A stretch of 27,326 nucleotides of DNA, from positions 1 through 27,326 of the IMG/VR virus record IMGVR_UViG_3300008453_005040; one strand, 5' to 3'. Below, piece after piece: positions 1-6,831 of the stretch. A program made the position numbers and the translations under genes. Below the pieces are notes generated by a model, which ran no database searches, was not told where the DNA came from, and saw only the letters and a program-made list of their open reading frames with translations. The DNA comes from a virus. Taxonomy: Duplodnaviria; Caudoviricetes. How positions within the stretch are numbered: the stretch's first letter is position 1; each line of letters opens with the position of its first letter.

Positions 1-81
1 AACCTAACGGGGTCGGGGGAGGGGTCGGTCAGTATACACGACTTTCCGGCCCATTCTCCCCACTTCCTGTCGCCGCTCGGT

Positions 82-435
82 CTACAGCTCGCCCTCTTCG
101 AGGATGATCTCGCAGTTGACAGACGTATGCGAGGCCGAAAACACGAACAGCTTCTGCACCGTGGAGAGGCCCGTAAGCCCGTTGCGGCCTGGAAGAACGA
201 TCGTGTGGTTCGTCAGCGTGAAGTACTGGGTTGCAGGGCTCGCGCCGCCATCGGTCAACGTCTGGTCTGCGCTGAATGCCAGCTCCTTAGACGCCTTGTC
301 CCTGTTCTGGAGCGTCACCTTAAGCGGCATGTTGGCCGGAAGGATGATCTCACGGCAGAGGCCGGTGCTAGCCGGCGTCACCGTGTGAGCGACGAACGGA
401 AGGACGGAGACAGAGGACAGGTTCAGGGCCGGCAT
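82..435 (-). CDS. hypothetical protein, beta-rich (possibly virion-associated)
   Basis: 117-aa ORF with GAGGT RBS upstream (AAGAGGTAAGCATG), co-directional with ssb; S/T/V-rich alternating pattern; no recognised motif. Confidence 0.6.
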   Translation of the reverse strand: MPALNLSSVSVLPFVAHTVTPASTGLCREIILPANMPLKVTLQNRDKASKELAFSADQTLTDGGASPATQYFTLTNHTIVLPGRNGLTGLSTVQKLFVFSASHTSVNCEIILEEGEL

Positions 436-456
436 GCTTACCTCTTGTGGCTGACG

Positions 457-843
457 TTAGTACGGAATGCCATAGCCCAGATCGTCGCCCTGGGTGGCGG
501 GCTTCTCGCTGTTGCCGCCGGCCCCTCCCAGGAAGCGCACAGTCTCGGCGACTACCTCTGTGGTGTAGCGGTCCTTGCCTTCCTTGTCGGTCCACTTGCG
601 CGTGGCCAACCTGCCTTCGACGTAGACCTGGCGGCCCTTGGCCAGGTACTTGCCGCACGCTTCGGCCTGCTTGCCCCAGACGACGACGGTATGCCACTCG
701 GTGGCTTCCTGGCGGTTGCCCTCGCGGTCCTTGTAGCTGGAGGTTGTAGCCACGCGCAGCTGCGCGACGGACTGCCCGCTAGGCGTGGCCTTCGTTTCGG
801 GGTCTTGCCCGAGGTTGCCCACGAGCGTCACACGGTTGATCAT
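457..843 (-). CDS. ssb: single-stranded DNA-binding protein
   Basis: [16 protein letters not shown]...[14 protein letters not shown]...[16 protein letters not shown] is a typical bacterial SSB OB-fold; likely start is ATG 843 (AGGAGAAGGAACGATG, ATGA overlap with upstream ORF) rather than 939. Confidence 0.97.
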   Translation of the reverse strand: MINRVTLVGNLGQDPETKATPSGQSVAQLRVATTSSYKDREGNRQEATEWHTVVVWGKQAEACGKYLAKGRQVYVEGRLATRKWTDKEGKDRYTTEVVAETVRFLGGAGGNSEKPATQGDDLGYGIPY

Positions 844-1076
844 CGTTCCTTCTCCTTCTTCGGTTTGAGCCCGAGCCTTTGCGCGGGCGGCACATCGCCG
901 TAAGGCGTGCGCCTCTGTGTGGACACGTAGCCCGGACACGCGGGCGCGTCAGCGTGAACCCGCGCCAAGCCCTCCAGCGTGGGCCTGGCCCAGCTAGACA
1001 GCCAGGCGTGCGCGCTCTCGACAGGCGAGGTGCACGCCCGCTCCCATCGGCGACAGGTCAGGCAGTCGCCGGTCAT
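840..1076 (-). CDS. hypothetical Cys-containing protein
   Basis: 78 aa, ATGA overlaps with both neighbours; CxxCxxW...C...CPGY. Confidence 0.65.
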   Translation of the reverse strand: MTGDCLTCRRWERACTSPVESAHAWLSSWARPTLEGLARVHADAPACPGYVSTQRRTPYGDVPPAQRLGLKPKKEKER

Positions 1077-2041
1077 GCCGTGCGTCTGGAAGCCGCGGCT
1101 TCTTGTTCAGGCGTGAGCCAGCCCAGGGCGCGCAGTTCATCCAGGGCCGCGGCGTCCACCTGGAGCGGCGGCGGTGGCGCAGGGCTCGCGGCGATAGCGT
1201 CCTCGCGTTCCAGCATGCGCCGAGCCTCACGAGGCCGTACACCGATGTCCCGCGCGAGCTGGCGCACCAGGTCTCCTCTTGAGGCGCTCGGCAGTTCCGC
1301 AGCCAGGACAGGCGCGGCCACCTGGGCAGGCGCTGGCGCCGTGGGCCTCGCAAAGCGCGAACCCGGAGGCAGCTTGGCGCCCCTCATGCGCTCCGGAAGC
1401 TCAAACCCCAAAGGGCTCCCCTTCTGTTCCCCCCTGCTTGCAGGGGGGCTAGGGGGGTCGCTTGGCTCTGCTCGGTTCTGCTCGTTGTGGGGGTAAGGGG
1501 GATCTTCTGTACCTTCGGTGTAATCTCTGTGTAATGGGGGGACCGATTCGGTCCCCTCCCTGGGGACCGATTTGGCCCCCTCCCTGGGGACTGCCTCGTG
1601 GGAGAGAGGGGACCGATTTGGCCCCCTCTGAGGGGACCGATTTAGCCCCCTCCCCCCTGGGGGGTGGGGACCGATTTGGCCCCCTCCCTCGTCTAGGGTG
1701 GGGACCGATTTGGCCCCCTCCCCCTGCAGCTCCACAGACGCCGGAATGGTGAGCCGGTAATGGCTCGCCGTCTGCCCCGCGCCTCGCGTGACCTCGACTA
1801 GCCCGCCGGCCTCCAGGCGCTTCACGGCTTCAGGGATGTGATCGCGAGCGATCCCGGTGTCTCTGGCTAGCGCCGCCATCCCCCAAGACCAGCCGTCGCG
1901 CTTCGCGTTGTAGCGCGAGAGCAGCACGAGGTAGACGCGCAGCGCCCGGAGCGGCAGGGCCTGGACCTCTTCGCATGCCGCGAGCTGCACGGGCACAACC
2001 CCGAAGGCGCCGCCGAGAAGACCGATGCTGCGCCGTTTCAT
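1073..2041 (-). CDS. phage replication initiator (lambda O-like layout, N-terminal winged HTH)
   Basis: ALRVYLVLLSRYN...SWGMAALARDTGIARDHIPEAVKRLEAGGLVEVTR...SHYRL winged-helix pattern followed by an iteron-containing linker; ATG 2041 overlaps MTase stop (ATGA); alternative start 2053. Confidence 0.8.
   Translation of the reverse strand: MKRRSIGLLGGAFGVVPVQLAACEEVQALPLRALRVYLVLLSRYNAKRDGWSWGMAALARDTGIARDHIPEAVKRLEAGGLVEVTRGAGQTASHYRLTIPASVELQGEGAKSVPTLDEGGGQIGPHPPGGRGLNRSPQRGPNRSPLSHEAVPREGAKSVPREGTESVPPLHRDYTEGTEDPPYPHNEQNRAEPSDPPSPPASRGEQKGSPLGFELPERMRGAKLPPGSRFARPTAPAPAQVAAPVLAAELPSASRGDLVRQLARDIGVRPREARRMLEREDAIAASPAPPPPLQVDAAALDELRALGWLTPEQEAAASRRTA
1538..1722. repeat. six iterons GGGGACCGATTTGGCCCCCTC(CC); putative replication origin
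   Basis: copies start at 1538, 1562, 1608, 1632, 1666, 1700 inside the initiator gene; each copy is quasi-palindromic. Confidence 0.9.
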
Positions 2042-2634
2042 AGCGCCCCCCATTGCTCAGCCATGGCGGTGGCAATCCCGGTGTATGTCGCGCTTCGGAT
2101 CTTCCACCTGTCGCGCGACGGAGCAAGCCGGTTCTGTCCGGCGTCGGTCTGATTTCCCCAGCGCCGCCGTCCGTCCACTATGCGCGGCCCGATGATCTGT
2201 GTGTGGTTCAGCAGAGGAAGTCCCTTTAGCCATAGGCACGTAGCCTTCGATGCATCGTGGCCAAACTGCCAGGGCTGGATCACTTGGTCAGGCTTCCGAA
2301 TGCGTGTGCTGACGACACCGATAGGATTCTCAATGGCGATGCGCGGGATGGGCGCCTCCATCAACAGGCGAACGAACGCTAAGGCGTCTTCGGTCAGTTG
2401 AGGGTGACGGAGGCCGCGTGTCGTCCAATGGATACCACTTCTGGACAGGTAGGTGCAGGGAGGATGCGCCACCATCAAGTCCCACCCTCCGTTCAGCAAT
2501 TGAGAAACATCGCCCTGGATGTGGTGGCCTCCGACATCACACGGAAGCAGATCACAGCTTACGGCATGATGCCCTAGCCGACTGAATGCATCGCGAACGC
2601 GCCCGCTGTATTCGCACGCGACAAGAACCCTCAC
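2038..2634 (-). CDS. short DNA (cytosine-5) methyltransferase-like protein
   Basis: MRVLVACEYSG (motif I variant), SCDL, DLMVAHPPC (catalytic PC), IENP (motif VI), C-terminal RSATYTGIATAMAEQW. Confidence 0.8.
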   Translation of the reverse strand: MRVLVACEYSGRVRDAFSRLGHHAVSCDLLPCDVGGHHIQGDVSQLLNGGWDLMVAHPPCTYLSRSGIHWTTRGLRHPQLTEDALAFVRLLMEAPIPRIAIENPIGVVSTRIRKPDQVIQPWQFGHDASKATCLWLKGLPLLNHTQIIGPRIVDGRRRWGNQTDAGQNRLAPSRDRWKIRSATYTGIATAMAEQWGAL

Positions 2635-2795
2635 CTCCCACCTTCCCGCAGCCGCCGCCGCAGGGCCGCATGCTCGCGCTCCTGGTCGCGTACCTCACGC
2701 AGCGCGCGGTCGAGGTTGGCCTTCGTGATGCGCAGCTCTTCGCGCAGGCGCGCAAGTTCAGCAGATGCGCCGCAGGCGCACGTTTCGGTTTCCAT
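2631..2795 (-). CDS. 54-aa coiled-coil hypothetical protein (absent from ORF track)
   Basis: METETCACGASAELARLREELRITKANLDRALREVRDQEREHAALRRRLREGGR*; its TGA overlaps the MTase GTG (GTGA). Confidence 0.7.
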   Translation of the reverse strand: METETCACGASAELARLREELRITKANLDRALREVRDQEREHAALRRRLREGGR

Positions 2796-2906
2796 GATGT
2801 CTCGCAGGCCATCGCAGGGGAAGTGCGGGGGGCTTGATGCCCCCCGCTAACGGGTAGCTAGCCCGTGTCCTGCGAGGACAGACTAGGGCTATCGGATGGC
2901 TACCCG
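2796..2906 (-). ncRNA. candidate structured cis-regulatory RNA (nested bulged hairpin plus GC hairpin)
   Basis: plus-strand arms CGGGTAGC 2851-2858 / GCTACCCG 2899-2906, TAGCCC 2859-2864 / GGGCTA 2886-2891, TGTCCT 2866-2871 / AGGACA 2875-2880; GCGGGGGGC 2825-2833 / GCCCCCCGC 2839-2847. Confidence 0.5.
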
Positions 2907-3643
2907 GCACGCAAGCGGAGATCCGGACGCAGCTGCAGCCGGCGCTCCGTCAGGGCGCGCATGCGGTCAGCCTCCAAGGGCTTACGGCTGTACTTCAGCG
3001 GAGGGAGCCCGCTGCGCTTGATGTACAGGCGCAGTCCGCTCCCGAACGACTCCGGGTCGCAGTCGAGTCCCAGCAACCACACGATCTCGCGGAACCGCCA
3101 GCCCTCACGCGCCAGCATGTAGCGCGTGGCCCAATCCTGGCAGCGGTTGGCCCCGCCGCGCTTCCGCATGTTGACGCCATCCTTGACCAGCCGTGCGTAC
3201 ACCGAGCGCGCCGTGTGGCCCATGCGCGCCCCGATCTCGCTGCACGTCATGCCCGAACGGTACATGTTTGCCGCTCGTCGCGCCTCTGAGGTCCGCCACA
3301 TGTGCGCGTGAGACAGCGAGAGGCCGTGCAGATGCACCCAGGCGAGCACGCCATGCCGCGTTCTTCCGATGGCCTTGCCGATCTCCCTCGCCGTCGCGCC
3401 CTCTTCGACCATGCGCGTAAGGGTAGCGCGCTCTTCGTCCGTCCAGGCGCGAACAACGCCGGAGCGCAGCGGGAGCCCGAGGCGCTTAGCTGCCTTGCCT
3501 GTGGCTCCGCGAAGGCTCCTCCAGGGGCCGGCGTAGTCTGTGAGCTCGGCGATGCTGGCCCAGCTGGCGCCGGCATTCCACATTTCGATCCTGCGCATGT
3601 TGAGCGCAGCCCTCTCCGTGTTCACCGCGGCAGCCCTCACCAT
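2900..3643 (-). CDS. DNA-binding protein with tandem HTH/Myb-like repeats
   Basis: repeated W-x(n)-M-x3-G-x-T-xxEIG-x-x-(I/M)G-x-T pattern (WTDEER...GATAREIGKAIGRT; WRTSE...GMTCSEIGARMGHT) plus two weaker copies. Confidence 0.7.
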   Translation of the reverse strand: MVRAAAVNTERAALNMRRIEMWNAGASWASIAELTDYAGPWRSLRGATGKAAKRLGLPLRSGVVRAWTDEERATLTRMVEEGATAREIGKAIGRTRHGVLAWVHLHGLSLSHAHMWRTSEARRAANMYRSGMTCSEIGARMGHTARSVYARLVKDGVNMRKRGGANRCQDWATRYMLAREGWRFREIVWLLGLDCDPESFGSGLRLYIKRSGLPPLKYSRKPLEADRMRALTERRLQLRPDLRLRAG

Positions 3644-4116
3644 GGGACACCAGGCGATACCGTGACGCTCACGGCTGCGTCTTCTCCGGGGTGCGCATAG
3701 AAGGCTGACGCCTCCAGCTTGATCACCGCGCGGTCATTCTCAATCACCTTTGCGATCTGCATCGCGTCCAGCACGATCTTCACGACGTTGTCCAGGTCGT
3801 ATCGCGTGCATGCGGGAAGGTGCGGCAATCCGTCGCGAGCTGCCTTCCATATGTGCGCCGGCATCCACCAGGGGCGAGTTTTGGGACGCACATAGTACGC
3901 CTCGATGCCGACGTGCAGCAGCGTCCACCGTGTGTCGAGGGCAACAGCTGCGCCGTCTTGCTCGTGTTGCTGGCGCAGCTGGTGCGCCGCCTCGTGCTCC
4001 CAGGCGCGCGTGCGTTCAGGCGTGCGAGCTGTGCCCGTCGCGCGCGTGAAGACAGGACGGCCCTTGCCGCGAGGCTCCAAGCCGATCGTATAGACACGAC
4101 TGTGTGGATGCGTCAT
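3637..4116 (-). CDS. rusA: RusA-family Holliday junction resolvase
   Basis: PRGKGRP N-terminal motif and DLDNVVKIVLDAM...IEND catalytic signature; start ATG 4116 (ATGA overlap). Confidence 0.9.
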   Translation of the reverse strand: MTHPHSRVYTIGLEPRGKGRPVFTRATGTARTPERTRAWEHEAAHQLRQQHEQDGAAVALDTRWTLLHVGIEAYYVRPKTRPWWMPAHIWKAARDGLPHLPACTRYDLDNVVKIVLDAMQIAKVIENDRAVIKLEASAFYAHPGEDAAVSVTVSPGVPW

Positions 4117-4367
4117 TTGCCATCCTCGCGGCGGTGCTCGCCGCATTCGATGAGGTCTGCTGCGTCCCACAGAGCGTCAGCCTTCACGCGGTCCTGCGAT
4201 TGAAACGCTGCTCCGTGTGCGCGCTCACGCATCCACACCACAACAGCAGCGCGCTCCTTCCGCGCCTCCTTCAGCTCCGCGATCAGCTCGCGAATCATGG
4301 GTGCAACGTGGATCCCCTTGTCGGCCTTCTCGGTGATTTGCCACTCCAGCGCCAAGAGGTCGATCAT
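4113..4367 (-). CDS. hypothetical protein
   Basis: 84 aa, ATGA-coupled on both sides; helical (LIAELKEARKERAAVVVWMR...AADLIE). Confidence 0.7.
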   Translation of the reverse strand: MIDLLALEWQITEKADKGIHVAPMIRELIAELKEARKERAAVVVWMRERAHGAAFQSQDRVKADALWDAADLIECGEHRREDGK

Positions 4368-4585
4368 GCTTCCACCATTCCCGCCCGAACGGCGGCGTTG
4401 AATGCCTTCGTCATGCCGACTTCCGCGGTAGGCGCGCGTCCGCGCACATCATCGCGAGGCGTCGGGGCGTTGTACTCCCAAGCCCACTCACCAGACGGCA
4501 GCCGCTCGACAATAAGCAGCGCACGCGAGGCCGGCAGCTCCAGCACAAAGCGCCCACGGCGCTCGCTCCAGGTAACGACCTTCAT
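4364..4585 (-). CDS. hypothetical protein
   Basis: 73 aa, GAGGAG RBS, ATGA overlaps. Confidence 0.7.
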   Translation of the reverse strand: MKVVTWSERRGRFVLELPASRALLIVERLPSGEWAWEYNAPTPRDDVRGRAPTAEVGMTKAFNAAVRAGMVEA

Positions 4586-4701
4586 CGGGCTCCTCTCTTA
4601 GCGAGCGGGATGCATGCGACGGCGACCAGCCAGAGTAGGCCACCGATGGCAAGCGTGGGGTTGCTGTCGAGAAAGGCGTTGAAAGCGTGGAGGGTAGACA
4701 T
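4582..4701 (-). CDS. 39-aa single-TM peptide (absent from ORF track)
   Basis: TAAGGAG RBS then MSTLHAFNAFLDSNPTLAIGGLLWLVAVACIPLAKRGAR*; stop overlaps next ATG. Confidence 0.7.
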   Translation of the reverse strand: MSTLHAFNAFLDSNPTLAIGGLLWLVAVACIPLAKRGAR

Positions 4702-4711
4702 TCGGAACTCC

Positions 4712-4939
4712 TTAGATGCTGTCGGTAGGAATGCTGAGCTTGACGCCCTCGTGCACGATGCGGGCGATGTCCTCGCCCGAGAGCCCGAGAGCCTTGTAAA
4801 GGCGCATGATCGACGCGGCAGAAGGACGACGGCGCCCGTTCTCCCACGCCTTCACCGCGGAAACCGTCACGCCTACGGCGGCGGCAAGCGTGGCCTGACT
4901 TAGGCCGGCGTTCTTTCTTAGCTGACTGAGGCGACCCAA
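4712..4939 (-). CDS. XRE-family HTH transcriptional regulator (Cro-like)
   Basis: LSQLRKNAGLSQATLAAAVGVTVSAVKAWENGRRRPS; likely start TTG 4939 with GGAGG RBS; 75 aa, no peptidase domain. Confidence 0.92.
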   Translation of the reverse strand: MGRLSQLRKNAGLSQATLAAAVGVTVSAVKAWENGRRRPSAASIMRLYKALGLSGEDIARIVHEGVKLSIPTDSI

Positions 4940-5024
4940 TTTCTTTTCCTCCGAGGGTTGACGACCAGACACCCCTCCTTTACTTAGAGGGTGTCGGGCA
5001 GTCAACCCCGGCGCGGAGAAAAAG
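4940..5024. promoter_or_regulatory. palindromic divergent promoter/operator region
   Basis: TTGACG (+, 4958-4963) and TTGACT (-, 5005-5000) face each other within nested inverted repeats; -10 hexamers at 17 nt (TACTTA, TAAAGG) are non-consensus. Confidence 0.7.
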
Positions 5025-5765
5025 ATGCACCTGCAATCAGAAACGATCGGTGAGCTAGCAAAGGCCCTCGCGCAAGCCCAGGGCGAGATGGGCGCGGCGG
5101 CAAAGGACGCCTCTAATCCTCACTTCAAGAGCCGCTATGCGGACCTCGCGAGCATCATGGACGCATGCCGCGCTCCCCTGGCGCGTCACGGCCTCGCGGT
5201 CAGCCAGCTTCCCGCACGTCGAGAGGACGGGTCCGTCATGCTGACGACGCTCCTCATGCATTCCAGCGGGGAGTTCATCGGTAGCTACATGACGGCGAAG
5301 CCTGCCCAGGAGAACCCCCAGGTGCTGGGCTCGATGCTGACCTACCTTCGGCGCTACGCGCTCGCGTCTGTGGTCGGCGTCGTGTCGGATGACGACGACG
5401 GAGAGGCGGCGACCGCTCCCACGCGCAGGCCCGCTCAGGAGCCCTCCAGGGCGCCCGCGAGGCCCGAGCCTAGCCAGCGCCCGTCCGCTCCTCCTGCCGC
5501 GCTTGTAGAGGCCGCAGAGCGCGTGCAAACGCGAATGGGCGGTACGGCTGAATTCCACCGATCGACCGATTGCCCGAAGTGCGGCGGTCCCATGTGGGAC
5601 AACCGCGAGAAGAAGACGAACCCGAAGGCGCCCGACTTCAAGTGTCGCGACAAGGGATGCGACGGGACCATCTGGAAGTTCAAGGCGCCGCCCGAGCCTG
5701 TGCCCATCCCCGGCGGTTTCCTGGAGCGCGATGGTAACGACTTCCCCGACGAAATCCCCTTCTAA
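5025..5765 (+). CDS. ERF-superfamily ssDNA-annealing protein with C-terminal Zn ribbon
   Basis: ALAQAQGEM...KDASNPHFKSRYADL...HSSGE...GSMLTYLRRYAL...DDDG ERF signature; CPKCGG...CRDKGC; ends DEIPF. Confidence 0.93.
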   Translation: MHLQSETIGELAKALAQAQGEMGAAAKDASNPHFKSRYADLASIMDACRAPLARHGLAVSQLPARREDGSVMLTTLLMHSSGEFIGSYMTAKPAQENPQVLGSMLTYLRRYALASVVGVVSDDDDGEAATAPTRRPAQEPSRAPARPEPSQRPSAPPAALVEAAERVQTRMGGTAEFHRSTDCPKCGGPMWDNREKKTNPKAPDFKCRDKGCDGTIWKFKAPPEPVPIPGGFLERDGNDFPDEIPF

Positions 5766-5776
5766 GGAGCTCACCC

Positions 5777-6517
5777 ATGCTGTTCATCGACATCGAAACC
5801 CTTCCCCCGCTCGGATGGGACGACGCAAAGATCGACGCTTACGTGCGCGAGCGCGTCCCCGGAACCTTCAAGAAGCCTGAGAGTATTGCGCAATGGTGCG
5901 AGGAGAACCGTACCGAGGTCTTCGCGCGTGCGGCCCTCGATTGGCGCGTGTCTCGCATCGCCTGTATCGGCGTGATCTATGACGACGGCGAAACCGTCAT
6001 GGAAGACTGCTTTATGGGCGGCACGACAGACGCGCACGAGGCCCAGGCCCTCCGCAATCTGGACGACTTCCTAAGCGCAGCCGCGGCGCATGACGGCGCC
6101 GTGTGCGGGCACAACGTCCTGGGCTTCGACCTTCCCCGCCTGCACATCACGTCAGCGCGTGTCGGTAGCTCGCTTACGTCTTGGCTGGCGCAGCTGTCGC
6201 GTCACTCTCGGTCGCGCGTGGTCGATACGATGCACCTCGCCTTCCCGACGCGCGAGCGTGTGGGCCTCGCGGACCTGGGGGAGGCGCTCGGCATCGGCGG
6301 GAAGTCCGGCCACGGGAGCGAAGTCCTGGCCATGTACACCGAGGGCCGTCACGGCGAGCTGATGCGCTACTGCCTGGATGATGTGCGCCTTACGCGCGAG
6401 GTCTATCGCCGTCTGTCTGGAGAGATGCCGGCCTATGCTCCTGCCGTGCATCCGTTGAACATGGATCGGTCCCAGGTGGCGGCGCTGATCGACAACGCCA
6501 TGCGGAGGGATGCATGA
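5777..6517 (+). CDS. DnaQ/PolB-like 3'-5' exonuclease (RNase H fold, DEDDy)
   Basis: ExoI LFIDIET, ExoII GHNVLGFDLP, ExoIII YCLDDV; TAAGGAG RBS. Confidence 0.88.
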   Translation: MLFIDIETLPPLGWDDAKIDAYVRERVPGTFKKPESIAQWCEENRTEVFARAALDWRVSRIACIGVIYDDGETVMEDCFMGGTTDAHEAQALRNLDDFLSAAAAHDGAVCGHNVLGFDLPRLHITSARVGSSLTSWLAQLSRHSRSRVVDTMHLAFPTRERVGLADLGEALGIGGKSGHGSEVLAMYTEGRHGELMRYCLDDVRLTREVYRRLSGEMPAYAPAVHPLNMDRSQVAALIDNAMRRDA

Positions 6518-6831
6518 TTCGCGCGCAGCTCCACAAGATCGACGAAGCCCTGCAGAGCGCGATCCATCGCATGCGCAGCGCCGAGGAGGCATTCGCCACC
6601 TATGACGAGCCATTCATGCGCGGGCAGTCCCAGGGCATCGCGCGTGCTCGGCGCGAGCTTGTGCGAGTGTCTGAGCTGCTAGTGTATGCACTAGAAGACG
6701 CGCGCAGCATTGACGCGCTCGCCGCTCGTGAACAGCGCGTCATGGCCGCGGAGCGTGGCGATGTGGCCTACTACGGACCCGAGGCGCTCCAGGCGTTTGC
6801 GGCAGAGCTCGCGGAGACTGACCATGACTGA
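6514..6831 (+). CDS. hypothetical helical protein
   Basis: 105 aa, GGAGG RBS, ATGA overlap with exonuclease. Confidence 0.7.
   Translation: MIRAQLHKIDEALQSAIHRMRSAEEAFATYDEPFMRGQSQGIARARRELVRVSELLVYALEDARSIDALAAREQRVMAAERGDVAYYGPEALQAFAAELAETDHD

Noticed and set aside
1538-1722. Palindromic direct repeats resembling a CRISPR array
   Set aside because: Spacers are only about 1-23 bp and irregular, the array lies inside a CDS, and there are no cas genes; fits iterons
4712-5765. Lambda-type lysogeny switch or integrated prophage
   Set aside because: Only one short HTH gene; no CI with peptidase domain, integrase, att-like flanks, partition genes or host genes in the window
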